A stretch of 64,000 nucleotides of DNA from the NCBI GenBank assembly GCA_965224705.1, contig OZ245056.1, forward strand, positions 2,080,001-2,144,000. The letters run 5' to 3'. The first letter of the stretch is position 1. The number at the start of each line of letters is the position of its first letter. Below the pieces are notes generated by a model. It had not been told where the DNA came from. It did not search any database and saw only the letters and a list, made by a program, of their open reading frames with translations. A program made the position numbers and the translations under genes. Below, piece after piece: positions 28,661 through 37,655 of this stretch. Origin of the DNA: Spirochaetaceae bacterium (GTDB lineage: Bacteria; Spirochaetota; Spirochaetia; DSM-2461).

Positions 28661-29061
28661 CTCCGTGTTCCACACTGTTCCACACTGTTCCACATTGTGG
28701 AACAAATAAATATTTACTATATATAGAATTAAAAATAAGTGTTCCACACTGTGGAACACTCTTAATTTTTTTTCCCATAATAATTTACAGCGTAATTTTA
28801 AGGGTTTTTCGAATAATTTTTCGCAATATATACGCATGTGCGCGCGCATGCGCGTACATGCGCGTACGCGCGCGCATACGTATATATATATTTTTTTAGT
28901 AAATATAGTTATAATATTGAGGAATAAATCTTTACCGGGCAAATATTTAAAAGTGTTCCACAGTGTGGAACAGTGTGGAACACTCAAAATTAATTTCTTT
29001 CTATAAAAAGACTTATTTTTGGAAAAGTGTTCCACAGTGTGGAACAGTGTGGAACACGGAG
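28661..29061. repeat. Putative phage replication origin: TGTTCCACA/TGTGGAACA iterons in inverted arrangement around AT-rich and purine-pyrimidine tracts
   Basis: Iteron clusters at ~28665, 28739, 28952, 29027; directly downstream of the primase-helicase. Confidence 0.75.
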
Positions 29062-29078
29062 GAACACCCGAAAAGATT

Positions 29079-31610
29079 CTATTCACCTTCTTTCCATCTT
29101 AAAACCACACAGCGGTCAGTTTTACCGGCCATTCTCACATTACGGAACTTCGTTCGGTCACTGCCTTTATTAACAGTAAACTGCGGATGTCTCATCAGAA
29201 CCTTTTGATAGACCTCATACCCCTGCTCACGCATGTACTGCTTTAACTCCGGGTTACTGGTCGATATGGCCAGGAGGAGCTGCTCATCCTCCATGAACAG
29301 CCGCAGGCCGCGCCGTCTGAGAATCCTGTCAATCCCCTCCACATCATGATTTCCGTAAGGGTCTGAAGTGAGGCCCCATTGGTTCGTGTTCTTTGCCACA
29401 ATCTCCAGTGCCTCGGCGGCCGACAGTTCAAGAGAAGGGCTGACTCGGAGGGGCCAATGGAGGAGGGCCTCAAGGGCCGTATCCTCATCGGTCTTTCCGG
29501 CCTCGTATAAATGCGGTTCCAGATCCGCATAGTAGTCCTGCAGGCGGTCTCTTATCTTCCTGTCCGCTTTTGAGTAGGGTTTAGGGGAAATAAGGAGAAA
29601 GGCCCCGGCGAAGATTGGCGCCCAGGTATCGGCCGCCCGGCCCGGCACATGACAGATTTTCATATGGTCTCTGATGCCCTTTTCAGCTTCCACTAAATCA
29701 TGCAGTCTGCTGAATGCCAGGCCCCGTATTCCGGCCATATCCAGGCTTCCCTTAAAACTACCCTTTGGCTTGGAGAGTTCGACAGAGACAATCCTCGAAG
29801 CGTTGGCGGCGTTTTTTAAAATTGGCTGCACACTGGCAAAGCAGAAGCTCATCCGCGTTTTGAACCGAACAGCCCCGTGGCCCGCTGAGCCCTTGATGAT
29901 TTCCGATCCCCCATAGGCGGAGCGGGCCAATGTTAAAATACCCTCCACCATGGTGGCGGATTTCGCACTGTCGGCTTCAAACTCGTCGAGCAGCACCGGG
30001 CGGCAATCCTGACCGATGGCCTGCCGCAGGCCTGCCTCGCTGGTTCGGCCCTCGGCCCGGATGATGGCCCTGCCCAGGGCCGGTGCAATGACTGAATCAA
30101 GCAGCATGGTCTTGCCCGTGCCGGAGGAGCCTGTTATCCACAGGTGGGGAGATCGGGCGAACAAGCTTGACCAGGGCGCAATCACACACCAGCCGGCGAC
30201 GGCCAGGCACTCCAGCTCTGTCGCAAAGCCGAATGTGCCCAGTTCTTCCCAGAACCTGCTGATCTCCTGTAAGGTCCATGTTTTCTTCGGAATTTCCAGA
30301 TGGAAAGCTCCCCGGCAAAAAGTCAGTTCTCCCCGGTAGTCCTCGTAGCTTAAGGGCTCACCTCCCCATGGAATCAGTTCTCGTCCCGTATTGAGGATAA
30401 TCCGCCCATTGTCCATGTGGGGCCCCACGCCCAGCACAGCGGAATGATCAAACACTCCCTTCTTAAGGCAGATTGAACGCAGATATTCAATGGCCTGAGT
30501 TTTAGCGAAGCGGCCGTTGGATTGAAACCTGCTCTGCCACCAGCTGATGGGAGCAACGTTGCCCAGATCACCGGCAATTCCCGTGTCACTCCTGGAGAGG
30601 CTGAGGGGTATCTTCTGACGGCCCGGCAGTACCCAATAGTGCCTCTCATCAAACCCCAGGGGAATGAACGGCAGAGATTCATCGGCTTCAAGGGATTCGT
30701 CTTTTTCACCTGCCAGAAGAGTTTTTTTCAGCACATTAAGGGCGGCCTCCACGCCGCGATCTTCAATCATATCGGCGATGTCATAGCCCCTGGACTGGCT
30801 GTCATCAGGTTCCACCAGCAGCACCCTGGCCCCATGCGAACGGAGCTTTGATGCAATTCTCCTGGCGGCCTTCATTCCTTCCTCATCGTTGTCCGGCCAG
30901 ATAACGGCTTCCCGGCCATAGACCGTTGACCAATCGGATTGGTTGGCGGCACTGCAGCCGCCATGCCAGCTCACCGGCCGCCATCCATCAAGCTGTGCCG
31001 CGGCATCCGCGCACTTCTCCCCTTCGACAACCAGTAACCGTTCCCCGCCATCCGGCTTTCCGCTATGGTACAGAGGCATTTTTCCCGGAGGACGCCCCGT
31101 CACCCATCCGGTTTCGGTGTGGCAGAAAGGTATAATATTCTTTTTGCCTTCAAAATTCACATAGCGGACCGTTCCCATTATCAGGGCCCCTGCTTTATCA
31201 AAGAATTGGTAGACCGCCTTCACCTGCCCCCATCTTTTCCGCCTGTACTGCTGCATTGCGGACTCTTTCAGACCCGTGAGCGTTCCTCCCGGAGCGGGAG
31301 GCAGTTTTTTCTTGTTTTTCTGCCGGATTGGCGCAGAAGAGGCCCCTGAGGCGCGCTCAATAATGGATTGGGCCGCCTGACGGGGCTCCATGCTGCGAAC
31401 CTGTGCCACAAGATCAATGAAACTCCCCCCCCTATTTGCATCCCCATAATCTACCCACAGTCCTTGCTCGTTAATGGCCAGGGAGGGAGTTCTTTCGGAA
31501 CGGAATGGGGAGGGAATAAAATATTCCTTCCCATTCCATTTTCCTTGCGGAAAATACTCTGAAATAAGGGCGGGTGAGACCAATTTTTTTGCTTCATCGA
31601 ATATGTTCAA
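29079..31610 (-). CDS. Primase-helicase (Zn-finger/TOPRIM/P-loop)
   Basis: SPFRSERTPS, VVEGEKCAD, WPDND, DIAD, Walker A GSSGTGKT, LLDEFE. Confidence 0.88.
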   Translation of the reverse strand: MNIFDEAKKLVSPALISEYFPQGKWNGKEYFIPSPFRSERTPSLAINEQGLWVDYGDANRGGSFIDLVAQVRSMEPRQAAQSIIERASGASSAPIRQKNKKKLPPAPGGTLTGLKESAMQQYRRKRWGQVKAVYQFFDKAGALIMGTVRYVNFEGKKNIIPFCHTETGWVTGRPPGKMPLYHSGKPDGGERLLVVEGEKCADAAAQLDGWRPVSWHGGCSAANQSDWSTVYGREAVIWPDNDEEGMKAARRIASKLRSHGARVLLVEPDDSQSRGYDIADMIEDRGVEAALNVLKKTLLAGEKDESLEADESLPFIPLGFDERHYWVLPGRQKIPLSLSRSDTGIAGDLGNVAPISWWQSRFQSNGRFAKTQAIEYLRSICLKKGVFDHSAVLGVGPHMDNGRIILNTGRELIPWGGEPLSYEDYRGELTFCRGAFHLEIPKKTWTLQEISRFWEELGTFGFATELECLAVAGWCVIAPWSSLFARSPHLWITGSSGTGKTMLLDSVIAPALGRAIIRAEGRTSEAGLRQAIGQDCRPVLLDEFEADSAKSATMVEGILTLARSAYGGSEIIKGSAGHGAVRFKTRMSFCFASVQPILKNAANASRIVSVELSKPKGSFKGSLDMAGIRGLAFSRLHDLVEAEKGIRDHMKICHVPGRAADTWAPIFAGAFLLISPKPYSKADRKIRDRLQDYYADLEPHLYEAGKTDEDTALEALLHWPLRVSPSLELSAAEALEIVAKNTNQWGLTSDPYGNHDVEGIDRILRRRGLRLFMEDEQLLLAISTSNPELKQYMREQGYEVYQKVLMRHPQFTVNKGSDRTKFRNVRMAGKTDRCVVLRWKEGE

Positions 31611-31651
31611 CTTTCCCCTTCCCTTGTTTTAACATCGTATTTTCCATGACT

Positions 31652-32137
31652 TCACACCCACACATAGCAAAAGTCTCTCGGAGGACTTTTAACTCCATAA
31701 GCCGAGAGAGGGCGGTCATGTTTATAGCGTGTGCTCGACTTCACTTCTATCGCGTAACCAATCGTCCTTCCCCAAAAATATTTTCGGAAGAACGGCCAAA
31801 CGTCCATATCGGTCATGCTAAAAAACGAACAATTGTTTCTCTTTCCGAAGCGCATATACAAGAGATATGGATTGTCTTTCCAGATTTTTCCAATTTCGAA
31901 TTCTCCTATGACTTTCTGCACCGGCGAAGATGCATAAATGAGCACTTTTGTGACACTCTTGTCGTGAAAAACTCTCCGCCTGAACTCGTACTTTTTGCTT
32001 CCATTCAAGATAAACGCCGCGAACGTCGGCTTGATCGACATTAATACAGCTTTTTGTTTATGTATTACATCCCCTGAAGCCTGATTCGGGACATCACGAT
32101 CAGCTGATAGCTCCCTCAATTCTCTCTCTCCTTCCAT
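31652..32137 (-). CDS. ASCH/PUA-domain protein
   Basis: LMSIKP..ILNGSKKYEFRR..IYASSPVQKVIGEF. Confidence 0.85.
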   Translation of the reverse strand: MEGERELRELSADRDVPNQASGDVIHKQKAVLMSIKPTFAAFILNGSKKYEFRRRVFHDKSVTKVLIYASSPVQKVIGEFEIGKIWKDNPYLLYMRFGKRNNCSFFSMTDMDVWPFFRKYFWGRTIGYAIEVKSSTRYKHDRPLSAYGVKSPPRDFCYVWV

Positions 32138-32611
32138 CTAAAAAATTGGGAAATCATCTTCAAAAGATGAGTGGCTTTTTGCAGCATCTACGGATATTCC
32201 AGATTTGTTTGAGCTCGTAATTAAACTCTCAAAATATATTTGATCAAATTCATCCTTTGTCCTTTTGTTGACGTTTAACTTAAGATCAAGCAGCCTATCG
32301 AGGCTGTCCGGGAGATCTGAGAGCTTACTTAAATGGAGCTGGCACACGCTTAAATCTTTCTTAACATATGGGATGCTTTTTTCTGTGAAGACACTGTTTT
32401 TCCATAGTAATCTTCCGGCAAATTTTGGCCCTAAAATTTTTAAGGTCCAGACAAGCATCGTATTCCCCGCTTGAGAATCTTTAAGCTCCACCCGGTCAAC
32501 CATTACCTGATATTTTCCGTCCGGGACACTTTCATACTCATCCGATGCTTCCTGTGCGTTTCCATATACCTCGTTAAATTTTTCAAGATCATTTGAATAA
32601 ATTGAGCTCAT
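32138..32611 (-). CDS. DUF669-type single-strand binding protein
   Basis: VPDGKYQV..ELKDSQAGN, acidic C-terminal tail DDFPIF. Confidence 0.8.
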   Translation of the reverse strand: MSSIYSNDLEKFNEVYGNAQEASDEYESVPDGKYQVMVDRVELKDSQAGNTMLVWTLKILGPKFAGRLLWKNSVFTEKSIPYVKKDLSVCQLHLSKLSDLPDSLDRLLDLKLNVNKRTKDEFDQIYFESLITSSNKSGISVDAAKSHSSFEDDFPIF

Positions 32612-33324
32612 TTTTTTATTCCTTTTGCCTGGTTCTCAAAGGCCTCGATGAAATACCGGTAATTCAATGGTACGGTTTCGGGCAGTCGGCCTGTCCGATC
32701 TCCGGCATCGTATAGATCGGAGGGCCGCGTCCTCATGACACGGCGGCAGACCTCTTTCTGAGTTGTTTCGTCCTGGCAATATTCCAGATCGCAATACAGC
32801 ATTATGTCGACGAGCCCGGTCACCATCTGCCGTGCTTTTTCCGGTAAGGTCGGTACAATCCGGGTCTTTTTTCCTGTTCTTGTTTCTATTTCTTTTTCCT
32901 GTGAATGACTGATTAAGACTATTCCATATGGTAATTGTGCGAGCTTTGTCAGTACTCTTTGAAACTCATTATTGACAAGCGCAAACCCTTTCCCATAGGA
33001 CAGATCAGACTCGTGATCAACTCCTGCTTTCTTACAGGTGTGTTCCGCACACATTTTATACGCCAGATCGATTGTATCGATAACAATGGTGGAAAATTCG
33101 TGGCTGCCTCTGGCTATTTCCGCCCCGGCATCCAGAAAATCCCCCCAGTTTCGGATAGGGACTTGATAGGCCTCGATTGAATTCAACCCGGGTTCGGTTG
33201 CCAGAAACAGGGCATTTTCCGCCCCGGCACACCAGGTTGATTTGCCAATTTTCCCCGGTCCATAGACGAGAAGGGAAAACTCTGATAAGCTTTTCTTAGG
33301 AGCTGTCTTGTTTGTTGGTAACAT
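32608..33324 (-). CDS. Sak4-like recombinase (AAA_24)
   Basis: LVYGPGKIGKST, TIVIDT, YGKG, LISH. Confidence 0.85.
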   Translation of the reverse strand: MLPTNKTAPKKSLSEFSLLVYGPGKIGKSTWCAGAENALFLATEPGLNSIEAYQVPIRNWGDFLDAGAEIARGSHEFSTIVIDTIDLAYKMCAEHTCKKAGVDHESDLSYGKGFALVNNEFQRVLTKLAQLPYGIVLISHSQEKEIETRTGKKTRIVPTLPEKARQMVTGLVDIMLYCDLEYCQDETTQKEVCRRVMRTRPSDLYDAGDRTGRLPETVPLNYRYFIEAFENQAKGIKK

Positions 33325-33333
33325 GGTACCTCC

Positions 33334-34356
33334 TTAAAATATTTCCGGGACAGACTGCGTGCTGTCTCGGAGTTCTTCATTTGGTTCAACCACCTTGTAG
33401 TGATTCTCGATGACAAGCGGATTCTCTCCGCTTCTGCAAATCTGGAAATAGGCGCATGGCCGTCCATAGTTGAAGCACTGACTGGTGTTGCGGTAGAATA
33501 TCCCCCGCCGCTTTGCGCCAAGATAGCTTTGGGACAGTTCCCAGATCTCATGCAGGAGGTCTGCGAACTGGTCGTGCGAGATGTAAAGCCTTTCACGGTG
33601 GAACATGCCGGGCTGTGCGTATTTTTCATTGAGTCGCTTCGCGAAATCTTCGTCAGTCTCCGGCATCTTGCGCTTAGCGGTGCTTTTCCCCGTCTTAGAT
33701 CTGGCAATCAGCTCGGCCCTTCTGACCTGGAACTCCTCTTCCGTTTCGCCTGCCGACTGCTTCAGCCGGGCCTTGGCCAGGATGTTATAGAGGACCCCGG
33801 AGATTTTTATCCCCATAGTCTTTTCTATATAGTGGGAATAGAGGATGATCTGGGTGTCCATCCAGAGCCGTTCCAGATAGCCCGAGTCGATGACAGAAGC
33901 CGTCTTATGTTCGAGTACCCAGTACTCACCGTCAATCCTGACAATACCGTCAACCTTGCCTGCCAGATCGAATGATCGTGAACTCGCCCCTGTTTCCGGG
34001 TTAAAGATCTTCCCCTTGAAAACCTTTTCCAGTACAGCGACCTCAAAATCTTCGACAGGGCCATAAACACGCATATATCCCTGCATCATTGCCCTGGCCA
34101 GGTGCCAGTCGGATTTCAGACTGCTGTCGATTTCTCCCGTGTCTCCCGCGCAGGCCGCACCGATATGGCGGAAAACGCGGGCCGCGGATTGCGTGCGGTG
34201 CCAGATCTTCAGACACTCGTGTATCAGCGACCCGAACCTGAGAGGATGTGCCTCTTCAAGCGGCTTCAGATTCCGCTCGTACCGCAATTCGCATGCCTTC
34301 CGGCAATCCCGAAAACTCTTCCACATGGAATAGGTTGTGACTTTCTTTTCCATCAT
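33334..34356 (-). CDS. PD-(D/E)xK exonuclease (Cas4/RecB-like)
   Basis: FGSLIH, GKVDG..VLEHKT, Q..LY, C-terminal Cys cluster. Confidence 0.85.
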   Translation of the reverse strand: MMEKKVTTYSMWKSFRDCRKACELRYERNLKPLEEAHPLRFGSLIHECLKIWHRTQSAARVFRHIGAACAGDTGEIDSSLKSDWHLARAMMQGYMRVYGPVEDFEVAVLEKVFKGKIFNPETGASSRSFDLAGKVDGIVRIDGEYWVLEHKTASVIDSGYLERLWMDTQIILYSHYIEKTMGIKISGVLYNILAKARLKQSAGETEEEFQVRRAELIARSKTGKSTAKRKMPETDEDFAKRLNEKYAQPGMFHRERLYISHDQFADLLHEIWELSQSYLGAKRRGIFYRNTSQCFNYGRPCAYFQICRSGENPLVIENHYKVVEPNEELRDSTQSVPEIF

Positions 34357-34462
34357 TTATATCTCCTTCTCGCGGCGATTTTCGCCAGCCATTTCCACTT
34401 AACCCGTTCTGCCATAGCCTTTATTGTTGTCCACCTGTTCCGTTTTCTGATGTCTCTTTTTG

Positions 34463-34657
34463 TCATTTTGTTGTTTCTGCGGCTTTATCGTTAATCCACT
34501 GCTGCAGGGCTTCTTCGTAGATGATAATGCGTCTTCCCAATCTGACGTGCGGGAGCCCATTGCTCCGTACCTGACGGAGTGTATGCGATGTGGATATCCG
34601 CAGGAGCTCGGCAACCTCTTCAACGGTGAGTGCCCGTCCGGTATGCGAATAGTTCAT
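34463..34657 (-). CDS. xis: Excisionase-like HTH protein
   Basis: LTVEEVAELLRIS..LPHVRLGRRI. Confidence 0.8.
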   Translation of the reverse strand: MNYSHTGRALTVEEVAELLRISTSHTLRQVRSNGLPHVRLGRRIIIYEEALQQWINDKAAETTK

Positions 34658-36585
34658 ACCGTGCCTCCTGTGTCCACCGCCGTCCAGGTGATTCCATCAG
34701 CGCTGGTCAATATGGTGCCGGAGGCACCGGTTACCACCCACAGGCCATCGGCATAGCGCACATCATTGAGGTCCTTTCTTGTCCCGCTGTCCCGCTGAGT
34801 CCAGTCAATGCCGTCGGAGCTGGTCAGAATAATGCCGCAGTAACCTACGGCCACCCACAGGTTATTGCCGTGGTACGCAAGATGGATGTGCTTTTCCGTC
34901 CCCTCGGTGTCCTGCTCCGCCCAGGTGATGCCATCGGTACTGGTCAGGATGGCGCCGTTTGTGCCGGTTACCACCCACAGGCCATTGGCGTGATGCACTT
35001 CATAGAGGGTCTCTGCTGTCCCGGTATCTCTTTGTGTCCAGTCAATGCCATTGTAGCTAGTCAGGATGATGCCGTAGTAACCCGCGATCACCCAAAGATC
35101 ATCGGCGTGGTGCACATCAATGAGGTTCTCCTTCATCCCGATTGAGCTAATGACGGCGGGATTGGCCCGCTGCGTCCAGTCAATCCCATCGGTACTGGTC
35201 AGGAGGGTACCGGAGGAACCCACAACTACCCACAGGCCATCGGCATGATGCACTTCATAGAGGTACTCCGCCGTCCCGGTGTTTTGCTCCATCCAGCTGA
35301 TGCCATCGGTGCTGGTCAATATGGTACCGGAGGTACCCACAGCCACCCACAGCCCATTGGCGTAGCGAGCATCACGGAGGTACGCTGTCGTCCCACTGGT
35401 CCGTGCCGTCCAGCTGGTGCCATCGGTGCTGGTCAAAAGGGTGCCGTAGGAACCCACAACCACCCACAGGCCATTGCCGTAGCGAGCTTCATAGAGGTAC
35501 GCCTCCGTCCCGCTGTCTCGAACCGTCCAGGTGATTCCATCAGGGCTGGTCAGGAGGGTACCGGAGTCACCCGCAACCACCCACAGCCCATTGGCGTGGC
35601 GCACTTCATAGAGGTTCTGCGCCGTCCCGCTAACCCGCACCGTCCAGCTGATACCATCATTGCTGGTCAATATAGTGCCGGAGTAACCCACAATCACCCA
35701 CAGCCCATTGGCGTGGCGCGCATCCCAAAGGGTCACCGTTGTCCCGCTGGCCCGCGCCGTCCAGCTGGTGCCATCGGTGCTGGTCAGAATAATGCCGCAG
35801 TAACCTACGGACACCCACAGGTTATTGCCGTGGTACGCAAGATGGATGTGCTTTTCCGTCCCCTCGGTGTCCTGCTCCGCCCAGGTGATGCCATCGGTAC
35901 TGGTCAGGATGGCGCCGTTTGTGCCGGTTACCACCCACAGGCCATTGGCGTGATGCACTTCATAGAGGGTCTCTGCTGTCCCGGTATCTCTTTGTGTCCA
36001 GTCAATGCCATTGTAGCTAGTCAGGATGATGCCGTAGTAACCCGCGATCACCCAAAGATCATCGGCGTGGTGCACATCAATGAGGTTCTCCTTCATCCCG
36101 ATTGAGCTAATGACGGCGGGATTGGCCCGCTGCGTCCAGTCAATCCCATCGGTACTGGTCAGGAGGGTACCGGAGGAACCCACAACTACCCACAGGCCAT
36201 CGGCATGATGCACTTCATAGAGGTACTCCGCCGTCCCGGTGTTTTGCTCCATCCAGCTGATGCCATCGGTGCTGGTCAATATGGTGCCGACACTACCCAC
36301 AGTCACCCACAGGCCATTGGCGTAGCGCACATTAGTGAAGGCCGCCGTCGTTCCGCTGTACCGTGCCGTCCAGCTGATTCCATCAGGGCTGGTCAGGAGG
36401 GTACCGGAGTAACCCACAGCCACCCACAGGCCATCGGCATAATGCACATCATAGAGGTATTCCGTCGTTCCGCTGTTCCGCTGCATCCAGCTGATGCCAT
36501 CGGTGCTGGTCAATATGGTGCCGACACCACCCAAGACCACCCACAGCCCATTGCCGTAACGGGCATTACTGAGGTTCCTTAACAT
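34654..36585 (-). CDS. Stand-alone 16-blade BNR/Asp-box beta-propeller repeat protein, paralog of the tail-tip C-terminus
   Basis: 643 aa made only of ~39-aa repeats; RBS AAGGGGGAG; overlaps the upstream Cro-like gene and has an ATGA overlap with xis; no signal peptide. Confidence 0.88.
   Translation of the reverse strand: MLRNLSNARYGNGLWVVLGGVGTILTSTDGISWMQRNSGTTEYLYDVHYADGLWVAVGYSGTLLTSPDGISWTARYSGTTAAFTNVRYANGLWVTVGSVGTILTSTDGISWMEQNTGTAEYLYEVHHADGLWVVVGSSGTLLTSTDGIDWTQRANPAVISSIGMKENLIDVHHADDLWVIAGYYGIILTSYNGIDWTQRDTGTAETLYEVHHANGLWVVTGTNGAILTSTDGITWAEQDTEGTEKHIHLAYHGNNLWVSVGYCGIILTSTDGTSWTARASGTTVTLWDARHANGLWVIVGYSGTILTSNDGISWTVRVSGTAQNLYEVRHANGLWVVAGDSGTLLTSPDGITWTVRDSGTEAYLYEARYGNGLWVVVGSYGTLLTSTDGTSWTARTSGTTAYLRDARYANGLWVAVGTSGTILTSTDGISWMEQNTGTAEYLYEVHHADGLWVVVGSSGTLLTSTDGIDWTQRANPAVISSIGMKENLIDVHHADDLWVIAGYYGIILTSYNGIDWTQRDTGTAETLYEVHHANGLWVVTGTNGAILTSTDGITWAEQDTEGTEKHIHLAYHGNNLWVAVGYCGIILTSSDGIDWTQRDSGTRKDLNDVRYADGLWVVTGASGTILTSADGITWTAVDTGGTV
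34819..36285. repeat. Internal 507-bp direct repeat (34819-35325 = 35779-36285, one mismatch seen)
   Basis: 960-bp offset line-by-line identity. Confidence 0.92.
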
Positions 36586-36808
36586 CGCACTCCCCCTTTT
36601 CGTAAGCCTGTTCGAGTTCCGACCAATTTGCGAATCCGATATACAGGGCGATATCCCGGCGGATTCTCGGTGATTGGCGGACGCCTGCGATCACCCGTTC
36701 AACGGTCGTCTTTCCGTAATCGCTGTTGTTGGCGAAAGATGTAATCGATTCGCCTTTTCTTGCCATGTGCTGCGCGATGTATGCCCGTAGATCTTTCTTT
36801 TTTTCCAT
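36566..36808 (-). CDS. Cro-like HTH regulator
   Basis: SITSFANNSDYGKTTVERVIAG HTH; RBS GAGGAG; early leftward operon. Confidence 0.7.
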   Translation of the reverse strand: MEKKKDLRAYIAQHMARKGESITSFANNSDYGKTTVERVIAGVRQSPRIRRDIALYIGFANWSELEQAYEKGECDVKEPQ

Positions 36809-36821
36809 GCATTTCTCCTCT

Positions 36822-36858
36822 TAGAAAATCCCGCCTGAGGCTCAATGCCTCAGACGGG
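36822..36858 (-). terminator. Intrinsic terminator-like hairpin upstream of the Cro-like gene
   Basis: CCCGTCTGAGGC-ATTGA-GCCTCAGGCGGG followed by ATTTTCT; variant copies at ~39438-39475 and ~42055-42092. Confidence 0.6.
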
Positions 36859-36859
36859 G

Positions 36860-37125
36860 TGGAAATTCCATTTTTAAGATGGCCACCTTTAACTTCTTTT
36901 CGCATAACTACTTCTATACCCCCGCCATTTAGGGGGTTTCAGGGCTATTCCATTTTTTTCATACCTCGGTCGCGTACCCTGACTCTCGGGACCGCATTTA
37001 CCCTGCCTCCTACTCACAACCCCTTTCCGGTACCCATACTCGTCGTACGCCCGAGTATGGCCCGGCCATCGGCGCTTTCTATCAGGCAGGGGGTTAACAG
37101 ACACCTTTAAGGCTGCCTGTTTTTC
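36860..37125 (-). ncRNA. Putative structured RNA leader (three copies)
   Basis: Nested stems, with compensatory change in the diverged third copy (see findings). Confidence 0.5.
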
Positions 37126-37133
37126 TTGCTTCT

Positions 37134-37655
37134 CTAATCTCCTCCTTCTTTTCCTTTAATGAACGCAACCCAGATTGTCGTGCGTGTCGTCTTATGGCCG
37201 AACAAAGGGGATTCAGGGGTCAGTTTCAGGATCTGTGACACGGGAATTTCCTTTGTGGACCATTTTAGAATTAACACACCGTATGGTTTTAAGACGCGGA
37301 AACACTCGGCAAAGCCGCGTGTCAGAACAGTGCGCCAGTTATCGCCCAGAGTGCCGTACTTCCTGGCTGTCCAGCCGTTTATTCCATTTCGGCGGTGATA
37401 ATGCGGGGGGTCAAACACAACAAGCCGGAAGGTTTCATCTGTGAACGGAAGTTCTGTGAAATCGCCAGCGATATCCGGGTCGATTAACAGTTCGCGAAAG
37501 CCGTCTTTGCTGCTCCTGTCCTTGAGGGTGCATCGCTCTCTCCGCTTATCCAGGAAGATTGCCCTTTCATCTGTTTTGTTGAACCAGAACATTCTTGATC
37601 CGCAGCAGGTATCGAGTACTGGCGGAAGAACGCTGGGCAATCTGTCCTTTTTCAT
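37134..37655 (-). CDS. Phage SAM-dependent (amino-)DNA methyltransferase, copy 1
   Basis: VLDTCCGSRMFW (motif I) and VFDPPH (motif IV). Confidence 0.85.
   Translation of the reverse strand: MKKDRLPSVLPPVLDTCCGSRMFWFNKTDERAIFLDKRRERCTLKDRSSKDGFRELLIDPDIAGDFTELPFTDETFRLVVFDPPHYHRRNGINGWTARKYGTLGDNWRTVLTRGFAECFRVLKPYGVLILKWSTKEIPVSQILKLTPESPLFGHKTTRTTIWVAFIKGKEGGD

Noticed and set aside
28661..29061. CRISPR array, and ORFs 28619-29086 and 28306-28899
   Set aside because: Repeats are ~11-bp iterons in both orientations without regular unique spacers; the ORFs are low-complexity translations of the origin.
33334..34356. Cas4 indicating a CRISPR-Cas locus
   Set aside because: Sits in a standard phage exonuclease-Sak4-SSB module; no other cas genes or array.
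8830..36585. Diversity-generating retroelement (TR/VR pair) for the tail tip
   Set aside because: No reverse transcriptase or Avd-like gene in the window; the differences are clustered patches found elsewhere in the repeat family, not adenine-specific changes.
37000..37100. Hammerhead or HDV-like ribozyme in the leader (CTGATAGA ... GAAA)
   Set aside because: Core is not CUGANGA, stem I cannot be formed, and the putative stem III partner is lost in copy 3.
36889..37104. 71-78 aa ORFs in the repeated leader
   Set aside because: Frame not preserved in the third copy (indels), whereas base-pairing is.
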